Positions 28,303 through 44,942 of a stretch of 64,000 bases of DNA are shown piece by piece; the stretch's first letter is position 1; each line of letters begins with the position of its first letter. Location: NCBI RefSeq assembly GCF_009914755.1, contig NC_060932.1. One strand, written 5' to 3'. A model generated the notes under the pieces. That model made no database searches. It had not been told where the DNA came from and saw only the letters and a list, made by a program, of their open reading frames with translations. The position numbers were made by a program, and so were the translations under genes. Source of the DNA: the human T2T-CHM13v2.0 reference genome, Homo sapiens.

Positions 28303-31160
28303 GTGGGTGTCCGCGCCCCGGGTCGGTTGGGACGGCTGCTTCCTAGGGACGGGGCGCTCGGAGTGAACCTGTGGTGCCTGGGAGTGGAGGGGCCCGGCCT
28401 GGGGATCGGACCCGGGGTCGGGGGGCGCGGCCGCTCCAGGTGTGTGCGGACCGGGGTCGCACCCGAGGCGCGGGGTTTGGCGCCCCAAGCCCTTCTTGGC
28501 CCGGGTCCTCTGCCCGGCACCGCTTCCTCCGTGTCCTGTTCGATGGAGCCGTTCCCAGCGTCCCCCCATCCCTCGCCGCCTCGCGCGACCCCGGGTCCCC
28601 CAGACGCCCCGAAACCCGCTCTGGGGCGGGCGCTGACCTCGGCGGGCCGGAGCCCTGCAGGCTGGGCGCGCCCGCGGGCGTTCAGTCCTCCAAACGCCTG
28701 CAGGGAGGGAGCTGGCTCTCGCTCGTGGAGTTAATGTCGCTTGGAAAGAGACTGAGAGATGAAACTTTTGCTGCAGGTTATAATTTGAAATTTTGACGTT
28801 CATGGTATCCTTGGGTCAACACAGCTAAATTTAATGGTGGAATAAAGGTGGGTGGGAGGACGCTCATTTCTCTTGGGTCATTTTTGTAGTAAGAATATTT
28901 TGTAAACGATGTGCTACCTTTCTATAGCCAAACCATTCTTAAAAAATCTGTGTTTTTATTGGGTTCGTACTGTGTTAAATCCGGACAGATAATCCCTGCT
29001 CTTTTGAACTCACAGGATTATTGTAGGAATTAAATCATTTGTGTGAAATCGTTTTTGAATTGTGAAACTGCCCTTGACTATGTAAGATACTTGTATTGGA
29101 GATGCCCAAACATAGTGGAAGCAGATTGTCAGCACGCTGGCGTCTTTCTGGAAACAAGTTGTTTATTTTGGATTTTGTATGATATAATTGTTTGCATGGC
29201 TGTATTTTCTCTATCAGCGACAGAGGATGATGGAGAATGGGAGTTTTTACTAAATCATTGATTGAAAGTTATTCAAAGGTGATGATAGAAGATTTCAACG
29301 CAGGACTGTTGACCTTCAGGAAACTAATTACTTGTTTTTCTTATCTTTGGCTGCTTTATTTGAAATTAAGTAAATTTGCCCCAGTGTGGAAATGTTGAAA
29401 CTCTGACAATGTTTTGAATGGGAAGTTGCCAAATTTCTTCTGGTTAAAACTACTTTTCCGGTGGTATTCTAGATGGTTAACACTCACCGATGTTTAAGGT
29501 GAAGACGATTATACATCCGGAGTTTTATTAATCTGTGATTTTTTTTGTGTTTGTAAATGTAAATAAGACTGTATTTTTAAATGTTAATATAAATTGTCAG
29601 TCATTACCGACCTGCATTAGGTGAGTGGAATATCCTGATGGTCTTTAACTGTGGTTTTGGCCAGCTCCTCACTTCGGCATGTGTATGCCCCTTCAAAGTT
29701 TAGCCACCGTTTATGGAACTCCTATAAACACCACACAGTTGATTGTAGAGGGGCAGAAGGTGACCAAATATGCTAAGCGCATCTGAGAGATGTTGGGGAA
29801 GATTTTTAGAGAAAATAATATTTGAACTGGGCTACATCGGTGATTTTTCAAGTAGAATAGTAGATACATTCTAAGCAGAGGAAAGTTTTTGCAAGAGTAT
29901 GGTGGGGCGGGGGGCGTATGAAAGAACATGACTTTTTAGGAAATGATAAAAATGTCAATATGTCTTCATGCAGACTATAAAAGGGAGGGATGGAAGATCA
30001 AACTAAGGTAGGTTGTTACCAGTTGGGAAGAGTCTTCTATGCTGAACTAAGGGGTTTGGACTTCACCCCGTAGGAAGTTCTTTGGGCAGTGGAGGTTTTA
30101 AGTAGGGGTGCGACCTAATCTCATTTTCTGTTAAGAAAACGGGCAACACGGTGGAGGATAGAATCTAGGAGGGAGAGACTAGAGGCTGGGACACCGGTTA
30201 AGAGGCTTTTGTAATAGTGTGCAGTGAGTCAACTCTTGTTTCTCTCGGGGAACGTTCATACAAAATCAGCTGACCACATTTTTGCAGTATAAGGTGTTTA
30301 AAACGTGCACTGAAACATTTTCCAGGATCGAAAGAGGAATTTGAGGTACCAGGCACACGTCAGTTACATTAGGAGTTAATTAGGTTTTATAGGATTTTTA
30401 CTACCTTTTATAACATTGTCTCAATGAGGAAATGCAGTATAATTTCCAAACAGCTAACTTTCAGTAAACTTTTTTTTTTTTTTTAAACTGACAAAGGTAA
30501 CTGTGTCATTGTAAAAAATAAGCGGAATCAGGTATGAAACCTCTTCTGATTTTCTAAGGTAGTAATTATGAGGAACAGATTTAGAATTTTTTTTTAAACA
30601 AAGACTGGCATTCTAAAGAAAATGACTTTGAAAGCTTACTCATGGTGAGTCACTGTAAAATCATTTGTGTAGTAAGAACTTAGGTCCATACTAATCTCGT
30701 TTTCAGATGCCAGCAAAATATTTGAATTTGATATGTTTGTGTTTGTGCCGATAGGAGAATGTAGCCTTTTACATTTAAGAATGATTTGGTTTTCAACCTT
30801 TTAAGTAAAAAAGAAAGCATATATAATTAAAATATGTACAAACCTAGTTCCTGGTTTCCAAGACAGTTTTCAAAAAGCACTTGAAGCTTTAACTTACCAA
30901 ATTTATATTTGCTCTTTGTAAAAAATCTGGGTTTATAATAGAATTTATTATGGAATCCCCCAAAAGATGCAAGCTCTAAGTAACTGGAAGCTTTTTCTTG
31001 GGAATATCCGCAAGCTCAAACATATGACATAGCCTCATATTTCTTTTTCCTTTTTGGTATGTAACATATACTGGAGGCTTGGAGTCATGCCATCCTTTTG
31101 AGTCAGCGCTATGGAACTGCCTCATAAATGAATGCAGTCCTTTTGTATCTCAGTAGCTAA

Positions 31161-31433
<273 letters not shown>

Positions 31434-31601
31434 TCTCTCACAGTCTTTGAATGGGTCTAATGTGGACCCAACTAAAGTTGGGTAGCACAATGTTGTTTGT
31501 ATATTGAGAGATTATTGTAGTTTATTTTCCATTTCATGTTGTTATTTTAATCAGATTATTTTCCCTAAGTGATCATATGTGGGACACTGCTTGAGTCACA
31601 T

Positions 31602-31906
31602 CTTTTTTTTTTCTTTCTGAGAGACAGGGTCTTGCTCTGTTGCCCAGGCTGGAGTGCAGTGGAACAGTCATAGATCACTGTAACCTCGAATTCCTGGGCT
31701 GAAGCAATCCTCCTGCCTAAGCCTCCTGAGTAGCTGGGACTGCAGGGGTGTGTCACCATGCTTGGCTAATTAAAAACTTTTTTTGTGTGTGGAGAGGCAA
31801 TCTTGCTCTGTTGCCCAGGCTGGTCTCGAACTCCTGGGCTCAAGTGTTCCTCCTGCATCAGCCTCCCAAAGTGCTGGGATTACAGGTGTGAACCACCACA
31901 CCTGGC
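31602..31906 (-). mobile_element. AluJ
   Basis: TSD tcacatctttt. Confidence 0.86.
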
Positions 31907-32796
31907 CTTAAATCACATCTTTTAAGAGTGAGCTAGGGAACCTTAGAAATTAACTTGGTCCGTTTTAAAATATGCAGTTCTGTTTGTATTTATTTATGTT
32001 TATGGTAATGTAAGTATTGTGTTACTAAACCTTACTGGAAGAAAAGAAAATGATATCACCCCCAGACATGTTATAATGTAGGGCAGAACTCAAAGGGAAT
32101 GGGACGTTCCCTTTGATGAATTGTTCTTTTAATGAGATTTTTCATGATTTAAGTCATTTTAGGATGATTTTAACGTCTTCCTTCTAGTAGTGTAGAATCT
32201 TCATATGAGTAGACCCCAGGAGAGCCTGATTCTAATCAGTCTTATTGAAAGGCTGAGAATCCTGTTGTGAAGATATCTTGGGCCTAACCTCCCATCCCAG
32301 CCACTTAAGAGAAGTGATTAAGCAGTCTGTGGATAGCAATACAATGAAATACGATTTTGCTATCAAAATGACAAATGTGTAGGCTATGTAGATTTGTAGA
32401 AAAGTTGATACAAAAGATGTTAATCATAAAAAGTAAGGTTCACTTTAAGTCATATGTGATAATTACAACTATCAGAACTATGTTTGTTTAGCTGTAACCA
32501 TCAGAAGAGGTTATTTATTCAACACATATTTTATTGAATACGTACTGTACCAGTGCAGGAAGTACATGATGAATAAGATACCGTCCTTGATCTCAAAGAA
32601 CTTAAATTCTTTGCTGGAGGAACTTAAATTGTCTAGGGCATTAAATCTTAGAAATGGGTGGTGTTTTTCCCAAAGGGACACTTAAACAAACAACAGAAGC
32701 CATTTCTTTTTAAATGTAAAGATGGGTAAATATTTAAGAAAAGTGTAACACTAAAAAAAGTAAGAGTGTAGACCTAGCAGTAGAAATTATAATTAA

Positions 32797-33107
<311 letters not shown>

Positions 33108-33194
33108 CCAAAGGTAGTTATTAATATACGGTATGTATTTATCTGGAATTGACCTGGCGAATACTAGAATGATTAAAAAAAAAAAAAAAAAAAA

Positions 33195-33229
33195 GGCAAA
33201 AACTGCAATTACTTTTGCACCAACCTATT
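33195..33229. mobile_element. MADE1 mariner half element
   Basis: GGCAAAAACTGCAATTACTTTTGCACCAACCTA is one MADE1 TIR arm. Confidence 0.75.
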
Positions 33230-33448
33230 ATATGGCTCGAAATAATAGTGCTTTGTAGATCTAATTGAAACAATTTCTCTACAAGAAATACTTTGGAAAC
33301 AGAATTATCTTATTTATCCTGAATGTGGAGGCCAGGTTTATTTTTATTTTCTACAGTGGAAGTACTTAAAAGTGGCTGTTTGTTTATGTAGTAGGCAGGA
33401 GAAGCCCATGGTTTGGAGTTCACATTTGTTTGCTTTGCAATTAGGTAG

Positions 33449-33761
<313 letters not shown>

Positions 33762-33972
33762 ACAATTAGGTAGAACTCTTTTAACTCACTTCCCTGTACT
33801 ACAATTACTATTATGAAAAGTGTGCTCAGACTTCCTCTAAAACACACTACAGTGTATAGAAAGATCTACGGAGTTAGAGAAAGAAAGAAGTGCAACTAAC
33901 ACCTTTTCCTTTCTTTAAGATTAGACATGTTAAGTTTCATGTTTCAGTGGTTCACGTTTTCTCTTCAGGCCG

Positions 33973-35131
<1,159 letters not shown>

Positions 35132-35357
35132 ATAAGTAAAGTAAACTAACTTTGCCTATAAAGTAACTGAACCTGTTTCAAAATGAAAGCTCTTTAAATA
35201 CCTGCCTGCCCATAAGAACTACAGATGCTTTATTTTTGGAGGCATTTCTTTTTCTCTGTTATGTTTGGTTCTGAGTTGTAACGAAAAAACTTCAGTTTGG
35301 TTCTATATTGTTTAGCTTCTAGTGTAACAGTTGTCTGTGTCTATCAGCATATGTATT

Positions 35358-35655
35358 CTTTATTTTTTTTTTTTGGCAGGGTCTCCCTCTGTTGCTCAGG
35401 CTGGAGTGCAGTTGCATAATCATGGCTCACTGCAGCCTTGATCTCCCAGGCTCAGGTGATCCTTCCACTTTAGCCTCCTGAGTAGCTGGGACCACAGGCA
35501 TGTGCCACCATGCCCCACTAATTTTTAAATTTTTTTGAAGAGACAGGGTCTTGCTCTGTTGCTCAGGCTGGTCTTGAGCTCTTGGGCTCAAGTGATCCTC
35601 CTGCCTTGGCCTCCCAAAGTGCTAGGATTACAGGGTTGAGCTACCATGCCTGGCC
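35358..35655 (-). mobile_element. AluJ
   Basis: TSD agcatatgta. Confidence 0.86.
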
Positions 35656-35704
35656 AGCATATGTAATCTTGTCTGTAATGATTTACTTAAAGAGAATTTT
35701 TTTT

Positions 35705-36229
35705 TAAAAAGTGAAAGCATGTTTATTAAGAAAGTAAAGGAATAAAAGAATGGCTACTCCACGAGCAGAACAGTGGCACGGGCTGCTCAGCTGAGTATAC
35801 TGATAGTTGCTTCTTGGTTATATGCCAAACAAGGGGTGGATTATTCATGAGTTTTCTGGGAAAGGGGCAAGGATTTTTAGACCATATAAGGTAACTTCTG
35901 GGCATTGCCATGGCATTTGTAAACTGTCATGGTGCTGGTGGGAGTGTCTTTTAGCATGCTAATGTATTATAATTAGCATATAATGAGCAGTGAGGACGAC
36001 CAGAGGTCACTTTCCTCGCAGTCTTGGTTTTGGTGGGTTTTAGCTGGCTTCTTTACCGCAAACTGTTTTATCAGCAAAGTCTCTGTGACTTGTATCTTGT
36101 ACTGACCTCCTATCTCATTCTGTGACTAAGAATGCCTAACCTTCTGGGAATGCAGCCCAGTAGGTCTCAGCCTTATTTTATCCAGCCTCTATTCAAGTTG
36201 GAGTCAGTCTGGTCTGAGTGCTGCTGACA
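35705..36229 (-). mobile_element. MER41 (MER41B-like) ERV1 3' LTR, U5 truncated
   Basis: Starts TGTCAG on - preceded by a purine tract. MER41-typical body (gcatgctaat, aatgagcagtgaggacgaccagaggtcac) and AATAAA. Confidence 0.8.
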
Positions 36230-37392
36230 TATTTTCCCTCATCCTTTTACATGGGAACCTTAATCCTAAAGATTGTAGAGGGACAAAGATCTATCTTCTG
36301 TGACTTCTTCAGGCTGAATAGGGGCAATCATGTTCCTGCCTAACTATAGGGTATCTTGTATCCGGGGTAGAGAGGAGCTCAGTCACACAACGTCATTATG
36401 CTGAGGGCCATTCACAACTCTGAGTTCTGTTGAGTTCACAACACAAAAGGTGATATCTAGAAGATTAGTAAGATTAATAATTAATAAGTGTTCAATTTAA
36501 GAAAACATTCAGTAAGCTTATCCTGCATTCCTACACAAAGATTACAATAGCAATATATTTCATGACAGTATAGCAAATAAGTAAAATTATTCCAAGTAAA
36601 CTAAATAGAAAGCTGTTCCATGAACTGGGCAATTGTTGGAACCCAGCTGATATAGGGTCACTAACTGATTCCAATATATGCCCAGAATTAGAATACTGAT
36701 CCAGATGTTAACATTAGCCATCCCTCTTGTTTATTCTGAGCTGCAGTTAGAGATCACTGATTGGTTCACTGAAATAAGCAGAGTCAGTCCAAATTGCAGG
36801 GAAAAACTCAGAAACAACTGATGAGACTAGAATTTAATGTCAGGTGTACTATAGTTCTTGAAACGTAATTTTTCCCTTTCCTGTCCTCCATTTTCATTAA
36901 AAACAAATCATGATAGGACTGATAGGATATGATGGGTAGCAAAATAAGCTTTAGTCTTATTATGCTTGGCCTGATTGTTTGAAATAATTGCAGTAAGAAT
37001 AATTATTTGCCACATAGGCACTTTTTAATTGGCTTTGATGGAACTTTGTTCCATAAGGAATCTCACCTGAGATGTTTTTTAAAGCAGAGCTCAGCCATGG
37101 GTTTGCACAGTTAAATACAGGTATGAGTTGGGTAAATTCCTCTCCTCTTGAGGTCCCAAGATAACTTGACACACCTGGGACTGTAGATAGTGACAGTCTT
37201 TATTTACAACAGATCAGGAACCTCGTACAGGGACTGTGTAGACAAGGTATGTGGCCAGTTTTCTCAAGGGGCTTTTATCGGTTCTATAAATCAAGTTTGA
37301 TTCCTTAAAGGAAAGCACAACATTCCAGTCAAAACTTGGTAAAATAACCAGTTTCTCCAGTTGTGTCCTGTGCAAAAGAAAACAGATTCTTA
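36230..37392 (-). mobile_element. MER41/MER4-group ERV internal fragment
   Basis: Contiguous with the LTR through the polypurine tract; MER4-group internal-like sequence. Confidence 0.6.
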
Positions 37393-38126
37393 CAGAAATA
37401 TAAGGGATTGATGGGTAAAGAGTTTAAAAGCTGTTTATACATGCAGTACATTGGATATGATATAATTTATGGTTTCTTGTTTGCAGCTGTTTGTATCTTT
37501 TTAATCCCAAACCAGACAAAATTATAAACATTTTATATACAATGTTATCTTGGAAAAAGTTAGATGTAAATAATTCATCTTAATCTATATTTGAGAAATC
37601 TGAGGGGTATTAGGAAACTCATGAGTGAATGAACATATAGATTGGATCAAAGGAGGAGAGTATGAGAGTAGGGAGACCAGGTAAAAAGGTATCATAGTCA
37701 TCTAGAGGTGAGGTTAGTAAGGGTTAAGCCATTGGTAATAATGCTGGAAGAAAAAGAGGTTGTGTTGGACTTATCGAGAGACTATGTATTGGACTCCCAC
37801 ATGGTGTGTCTTCCTAAGAGATTTGTGTTGGCAATTTTGATTATACTCAATTTCAATTCAAGTGATGACTTTAGAACCCAAGCCCTGCTTAAGACATCAT
37901 GATTCCATGCGGATAGACTGAACAGAATTGGAAATGGGAGTTAGTCTGCATGACTTTCAGAGCTCTTAACTGTTAAGAAATTTTGCTTAAAATTTGTGTT
38001 TTTGTGATGGATTAATGGCTATAATTTGAAAGCGTGGCTACATTGTTGAGTATGTATTTGTCAGAGTTAACCCATCAGATATTAAAAGTACCTTTTCCCT
38101 CTTACAGTCCTTGTCCATTTAATAAG

Positions 38127-38555
38127 TGTCTTAGTCTGTGTTGCTATAAAGGAGTACCTGAGACTGGGTAATTTATAAAGAAAAGAGGTTTATTTGATTC
38201 ACTGCAGGCTGTACAGGAAGCATGGCACAGGCATCTGCTTCTGGTGAGGGCTTTAGGCTGCTTCCATTCATGGCAGAAGGGGAAGCGGAGCTGGCGGGTA
38301 CAGAGGTCATAAGGCAAGAGGAAGCAAGAGAGATGGGGGAGAGAGGCTCTTTTTAACAACCAGCTCTTGAGGGAACTAATAGAACAAGAACTCTTTCTCC
38401 TACCCTGGCCCCTCAGGGATGGCATTACTCTGTTCATGAGGGATCCACTTCAATGACCCCAACACCTGTTACTACACCCCACCTCCCAACACTGGCACAC
38501 TGGGGGTTAAATTTCAGCGTGAGATTTGGAGAAGTCAAACATACAAACTGTAGCA
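38127..38555 (-). mobile_element. MST-family MaLR solo LTR
   Basis: TG...CA ends, gagactgggtaatttataaagaaaagaggttt motif, 5-bp TSD ataag/gtaag. Confidence 0.8.
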
Positions 38556-39026
38556 GTAAGTATTTAGTAGTATCATCTGAGAGGATGTTATTCATGCTGG
38601 GTGAGGGGGAGGAATGGGAGATGAGTGAAGGGTGCTAGACTCTAGGATGCCTTTCCCCCATTTCCCCACCAAACCAGTTCTTTTCTTTCTTCTTGTGTTT
38701 ATACCTTAAGATTTCTTTTGAGAAAAAAGGGTTAGGGTTTATAGCTAAAAATGTTTGAAATGATTGCTATGTATATTTATAATGTTTGGATAAAGACTGA
38801 TATTCTTTTTTAAGAAAATACATTTTCCTCCCTCATACTTACCTAATGCATTGCTATTTTCATGTATTAATACAACTTTATATGAGTACTTTTATTATAT
38901 GCATATTGTAATATGGGAATGTCAGGTGATTTTTCTGTGATTTGAACATTTTGATTTTTCATTATATTGTGTTCCCACGTAGTTTTTCAGTTTCACTTAT
39001 TATATTTGTTTTTGCCTTTTCTGTAG

Positions 39027-39124
39027 GCTTTCAACAGACCTCACATCTTTCTTCTTATGAAATTATAACTCCTTGGAGATTAACTAGAGAAAGAAGAGAA
39101 GCCCCTAGGCCCTATTCAAAACAA
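39027..39124 (+). CDS. ADAM9: ADAM9 exon 2
   Basis: FQQTSHLSSYEIITPWRLTRERREAPRPYSKQ. Confidence 0.95.
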
Positions 39125-39309
39125 GTAAGTTATAATTGTTGAGAAATAATATGTGGTTAATTTTTTTCTTTTCTGTTTTAGCACAAAGGTGTTATTTGTA
39201 GCAGTGATCAGTTCAGTGAGTTATTACTTGGCTGTTACTTAGAATAGCACCATATGGTACTGATGTCCCCTGGATGTTATGCTAGTAAAAGCAACATATT
39301 GAGCCTTAA

Positions 39310-39614
<305 letters not shown>

Positions 39615-40439
39615 AGTATCTTTTCTTTTTTAAAGACAATATGATCAACTCGAAACATAACAGAATAGAATAGTTAAACAAAATTGTATCACTAGGGTAG
39701 GCTGCTGATTATATACATTTTAACTGACAGGCAATGGTCACAGTGATTTTATTATAATAAGAATTATAATTCTTACTATAATTATATAACCTCACTCAGT
39801 TTGTGATAGCTAGAACACTTTATACTATATCTTCACTGACGGTGGAGAGTGATAATGTGTTAAATGCGTATATTTTATATTAGGGAATATTTACTAAAAT
39901 ACAAGTTTTATTTTCATATTGGAAGAAACCTACTGTGCTGTAAATGGGGTAACCAGTGCACAAAAATTATTTTTTCTACTATTCTTTTGTAAAGTTTGTT
40001 CAGAAGTAATCTTATTTGGACTTTAATTTTATAAGTCCTTCAACTTTATAGAAGTATAATTAAATTTTATTATAATTTAACAATGACAGGTAATAATGCA
40101 TAGAATTTAGCTTATGAATTGTATTAATATCTGAATTGCTGATACACTCAGAAATGTAAGGCAGCGTGCCTGTTTTTTAGGGAGTGGGCATTGTAAAAAG
40201 AACACTGGAGTTGAGGATCAGGAACTTTTAGTTTTGGTCCTCCCTGTGAGTACCACCACCTACTAGTTGGGTTGGTCACTCAACTCCATTTACATCTCTC
40301 CAACTGAGGAGTAAATGACTCTAAGATCTCCTCTGTAGATGAATTTATACATTTTACTTGTTTTTGGTTTGAACTGGGCAGACTACCATTTGATTATGTT
40401 TTGTCTTAGGATAGAGTTAATCAGTTAATCCCTGTTTGG

Positions 40440-40671
40440 GTGCGATCTTGGCTCACTGCAGCCTCCGCCTCCTGGGTTCAAGTGATTCTCGTGCCTCTGC
40501 CTCCTGAGTAGCTGGGACTACAGGCATGTGCCACTATACCCAGCTAATTTCGTATCTTTAGTTGAGATGGGGTTTTGCCATGTTGGCCAGGCTGGTCTCG
40601 AACTCTTGGCTTCAAGTGATCCACCTGCTTCAGCCTCCCAGAGTGCTGGGATTACAGGCATGAGCCACCTG
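40440..40671 (-). mobile_element. Alu fragment
   Basis: Truncated at both ends. Confidence 0.82.
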
Positions 40672-40899
40672 TTTTCCTCCTTTTCTACAGTCAATGGTAG
40701 ACTTTCAGCCTAGGGACCATGTTTTCTCCTTTTTTGTGTCTCTGATAGTATCTTCATTTAGTACTTCCCTCATTAATACTTGGGATCGTCATAGATAATT
40801 GTCATTTTTATGCTTTGGTTAATATTTGGAGAAGTGATATAGTCAGTGCATATTGAACTGGATTTTGCTCATTCAACAGTGAATGTAATTAACTCGTTA

Positions 40900-41330
40900 A
40901 AAAGTATTTATTGAGTTACTATTGTATGCTAGGCACCATTTAGGTATTGGGGATACGGCAGTGAACAAAACAGACAAAAATTTATGCCCTTGCATGAATG
41001 CAGTCTTGTATTCTATGGAGCTTGCATTCTAGTGATGGGGGGGGGGGGCAGGGAGAGAGAGAGAGAGAGAGAGACAAAAACAAAAACAACAACAACAAAA
41101 ACAAACCCCCCCCCCCAAACCAAAAATGTATATTACTTCAGATGGTGATAAGTGCTATGGAGAAAATTAAAGCAAGAAGGGGGATAGGGAGGCTGGAAAT
41201 GGTGAGTTGCTGGGGAGAGGATTGCATTTTTCAGTAGGATGGCCAGGGAAAGCCTTACGAGAAGGTAGCCCTTTAGTAAAGACTAGAAGGAGGGGGGTGA
41301 ACAATCCAGGCAGATACTTGGGGGAGGAGT
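40900..41330 (-). mobile_element. L2 fragment
   Basis: tatttattgag..gtgaacaaaacagac..ggtgataagtgctatgg; contains simple-repeat expansions. Confidence 0.6.
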
Positions 41331-41956
41331 AAACTATCACAAAACAATCTTCAGTTTCTCAGATTTCTTTTTAGTAGACATAGCAGTGATGTTATTACAT
41401 CACGTGATTATCTAAGAGCAGAATGAGTAGAAAGGCACATGACAAAGCTGTGGCAATAGAAAGAGCTTGGTGGTTTTGCTGGCCCACTGGAGACTGAGGT
41501 AGATGATGAAGGGTTCTTGGATTCCCATGCAGGATGTGGAGGTGGATGACAGGATCCATAGGTTGGTCTAGCGCTTAGAAGTCAGAGGCAGATGTGCCGT
41601 GGTGAAGGGGTTGATGCTGTTTCTTGACAAAAGGTTAACTGAGTCTGGAAACGGAAGGGAATATTAAGTAGACACTTCTGATAATGTTAGTTGTCGAGTC
41701 CCTCCATGACTTTCTTTTTTATTAAAGAGTTAAGGCGAAGTCACATCTCTTAGTTCCAGAGATCACGTTAAGCACTTGTGGCTAATGACATGGTGAATTG
41801 CTGGGGAAGTTGTTTCAGAGTTGCCTGAGGTAGAGAAGATGATCCCATGAATTGGAGGATGTGTATATATGTTACTTTAATTCCTTGACTCTAAGATGCC
41901 ATCAATTGTGAGACACACCATATTGTTTTATGTACCACTAATAAAGACACGGAAGT

Positions 41957-42424
<468 letters not shown>

Positions 42425-42798
42425 CTAGGTATAATTTCTTGAAACCAAGAGTTTCATTTCATTTAGACAAAAGCAGGAACTATCTTTGTACTGTAGGTAA
42501 TACATCGATGGACTTGAGAAGATAATCCCTGCAGTTATAGCTGAATTAGAAATGAATTTAAGAAGAGTTAGATAGACATGGGGTTATTTTCCATGATCAG
42601 TTATGAAAGGAAGGAAGGGATGATCAGAGTATATTTTTTATTATTTAAGAATAGACACAAAGTTCTTCTATTAAATAGTTCAGCCAATACCAAATTATTT
42701 TAATTCAGGATGGAATTTCCTGCATCTTATAAATGAGATGTTGTTGAAAAGTAATTTTTAAGATGATGTTTTATTCTTTTCCCCTTCTGTGCATTTAG

Positions 42799-42857
42799 GT
42801 ATCTTATGTTATTCAGGCTGAAGGAAAAGAGCATATTATTCACTTGGAAAGGAACAA
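42799..42857 (+). CDS. ADAM9: ADAM9 exon 3
   Basis: VSYVIQAEGKEHIIHLERN. Confidence 0.95.
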
Positions 42858-43503
42858 GTAAGACATTTAATTTATTTTGGCTTTTCAGTAATGTTTTTCC
42901 AATAGTATATTGGTTTTCTTTCTAGTTTGATATGGTTTAGTGGATCCTGAACCCTGGGATTAAGCAGATTTAGCTCTTCATATTGGTGCTGCACAGTGGC
43001 AGCTGGCTGGGCAGGCAGTGACTTCTAAACAGGAAAGAAGGCAGAGACTGGAACCAAGTACCTCCAGTTTATTCTTTTCAAATGCATCACTAAGGGAGCA
43101 AAGGCTACACATATGTGGGGGAGTTGGGGAGAAGGGGAGCCTGCAGTGACTGAATAGGGTCCAATTACTGGAAAGACTAAGGTTCCACAGGCTACTTCTA
43201 TGCCTACTCACATAGACTTTAATAAAGGTAAAGGATATAATGCATCAGGACAAAGAAAGTGCAGGCAGTCATCAAGGCATGACCCCCAGAGTCCTTTCTC
43301 AGTTGCACAGATGTGCTTTGCCTCCAGATTATGAACCGCTGAGATATGTGTGAGGCATCATATTTTCTGGGGAGCCCAGGCACAAGTTTACTGAAGGTAT
43401 CTTTCCTACTTTGCTGATCATGTAGCTAAAGTCAGGCTGTGTACCTAACTAAATCGGACAAAAACCTTCCATTTATTCATCTCTAGTCAATATAGACAGG
43501 CTG

Positions 43504-44100
43504 TCAACCATTGTGGAAGACAGTATGGCGATTCCTCAAGGATCTAGAACTAGAAATACCATTTGACCCAGCCATCCCATTACTGGGTATATACCCAATA
43601 GATTATAAATCATGCTGCTATAAAGACACATGCACACATATGTTTATTGCGGCACTATTCACAATAGCAAAGACTTGGAACCAACCCAAATGTCCAACAA
43701 TGACAGACTGGATTAAGAAAATGTGGCACATAGACACCATGGAATACTATGCAGCCATAAAAAAGGATGAGTTCATGTCCTTTGTAGGGACATGGATGAA
43801 GCTGGAAACCATCATTCTCAGCAAACTATTGCAAGGACAAAAAACCAAACACCACATGTTCTCACTCATAGGTGGGAATTGAACAATGAGAACACTTGGA
43901 CACAGGAAGGGGAACATCACACACCAGGGCCTGTCGTGGGGTAGGGGGAGTGGGGAGGGATAGCATTAGGAGATATACCTAATGTAAATGATGAGTTAAT
44001 GGGTGCAGCACACCAACTTGGCACATGTATACATATGTAACAAACCTGCACGTTGTACACATGTACCCTAGAACTTAAAGGATAATAATAATAAAAAAAT
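43504..44100 (+). mobile_element. 5'-truncated L1PA
   Basis: ORF2 C-terminus (WRFLKDLELEIPFDPAIPLLGIYP), 3'UTR, A tail; TSD ATATAGACAGGCTG at 43490-43503 and 44101-44114. Confidence 0.92.
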
Positions 44101-44631
44101 ATATAGACAGGCTGGTCCCGGGTGCCTCCAGGGGAGTTTTGAACTTGAAAGGGCATATTTATGAATCACTAGTTAGCACATTACATCTCTGACTTGTCCA
44201 TAAGGCCTGGAAATAAGCATACAGCTGCTCCAGTCCTGCTGCAAGAGAACGTGATCCTCATAAACATGCTTGATGCCACTGAACCTCCTTAACATGGAGT
44301 GAAGATTTGGAAATCAGGAATAATTGTTTCTTTCAACAATTGAGACAGAAATTTGCCTCCATACTTAGGAGGTTAATTCTTATTTATATAGAACTTTAAG
44401 AAAAGAGTGTAAAAAACCATTTATTTTTCTAATGTAAATATGATATACTGTCAATAACCCAGTTTTTACTTTTCCTGTGAGCCATATCTGAAAAATTTAG
44501 GGACATTATTTATGTTGTCTTAAATTTTTTGGAACTAGCATTTTAAGACCATTACAAAATGTGTAGCTTAATATTAAATATTATTTATGAATAAGTAATG
44601 TACACTATTTCAGAGTTGTCCGTTTATGAGC

Positions 44632-44942
44632 TTTTTTTTTTTCTCCTTTTTTTTTTTTTAAGAGACAAGGTCTTACTCTGTTATCCAGGGTGGAGTGCAG
44701 AGGCATGATCATAGCTCACTGCAGCCTTGAACTCCTGGGCTTAAGCAATCCTCCCACCTTAGCTTCCTGAGTAGCTGGGACTATATGTGTGTGCCACTAT
44801 GCCCAGCTAATTTTTTATTTTTTGTAGTGACAGGGTCTCACCGTGTTGCTTAGGCTGGTCTCAAACTCCTGGCCTCAAGTGATCCTCCTACCTCAGCCTT
44901 CCAAAATGTTGGGGTTACAAGTGTGAGCCACTGCACCCAGCT
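44632..44942 (-). mobile_element. AluJ
   Basis: TSD ttatgagctttt. Confidence 0.86.

Larger units (their letters stand above)
27340..28740. promoter_or_regulatory. CpG-island bidirectional promoter of TM2D2/ADAM9
   Basis: Head-to-head ATGs about 625 bp apart. CCAAT at 27703-27707 and 27855-27859, GC box 27903-27912, CRE-like TACGTCA/TGCGTCA. Confidence 0.85.

Noticed and set aside
27881-28803. ORFs up to 249 aa over the TM2D2/ADAM9 CpG island
   Set aside because: Low-complexity Pro/Arg/Gly translations without domains, expected in GC-rich DNA.
33195-33229. Possible miR-548-type hairpin from MADE1
   Set aside because: Only one arm is present, so no hairpin forms.
41037-41116. G12...C11 runs flanking (GA)n and (CAA)n
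   Set aside because: Simple-repeat slippage within an L2; no evidence of function.
43511-43882. 123-aa ORF
   Set aside because: C-terminus of L1 ORF2 in a 5'-truncated copy with no promoter or true start.
43100-44290. Possible old LTR hosting the L1PA insertion
   Set aside because: Only a vague resemblance to ERVL LTRs; ends and family could not be supported by eye.
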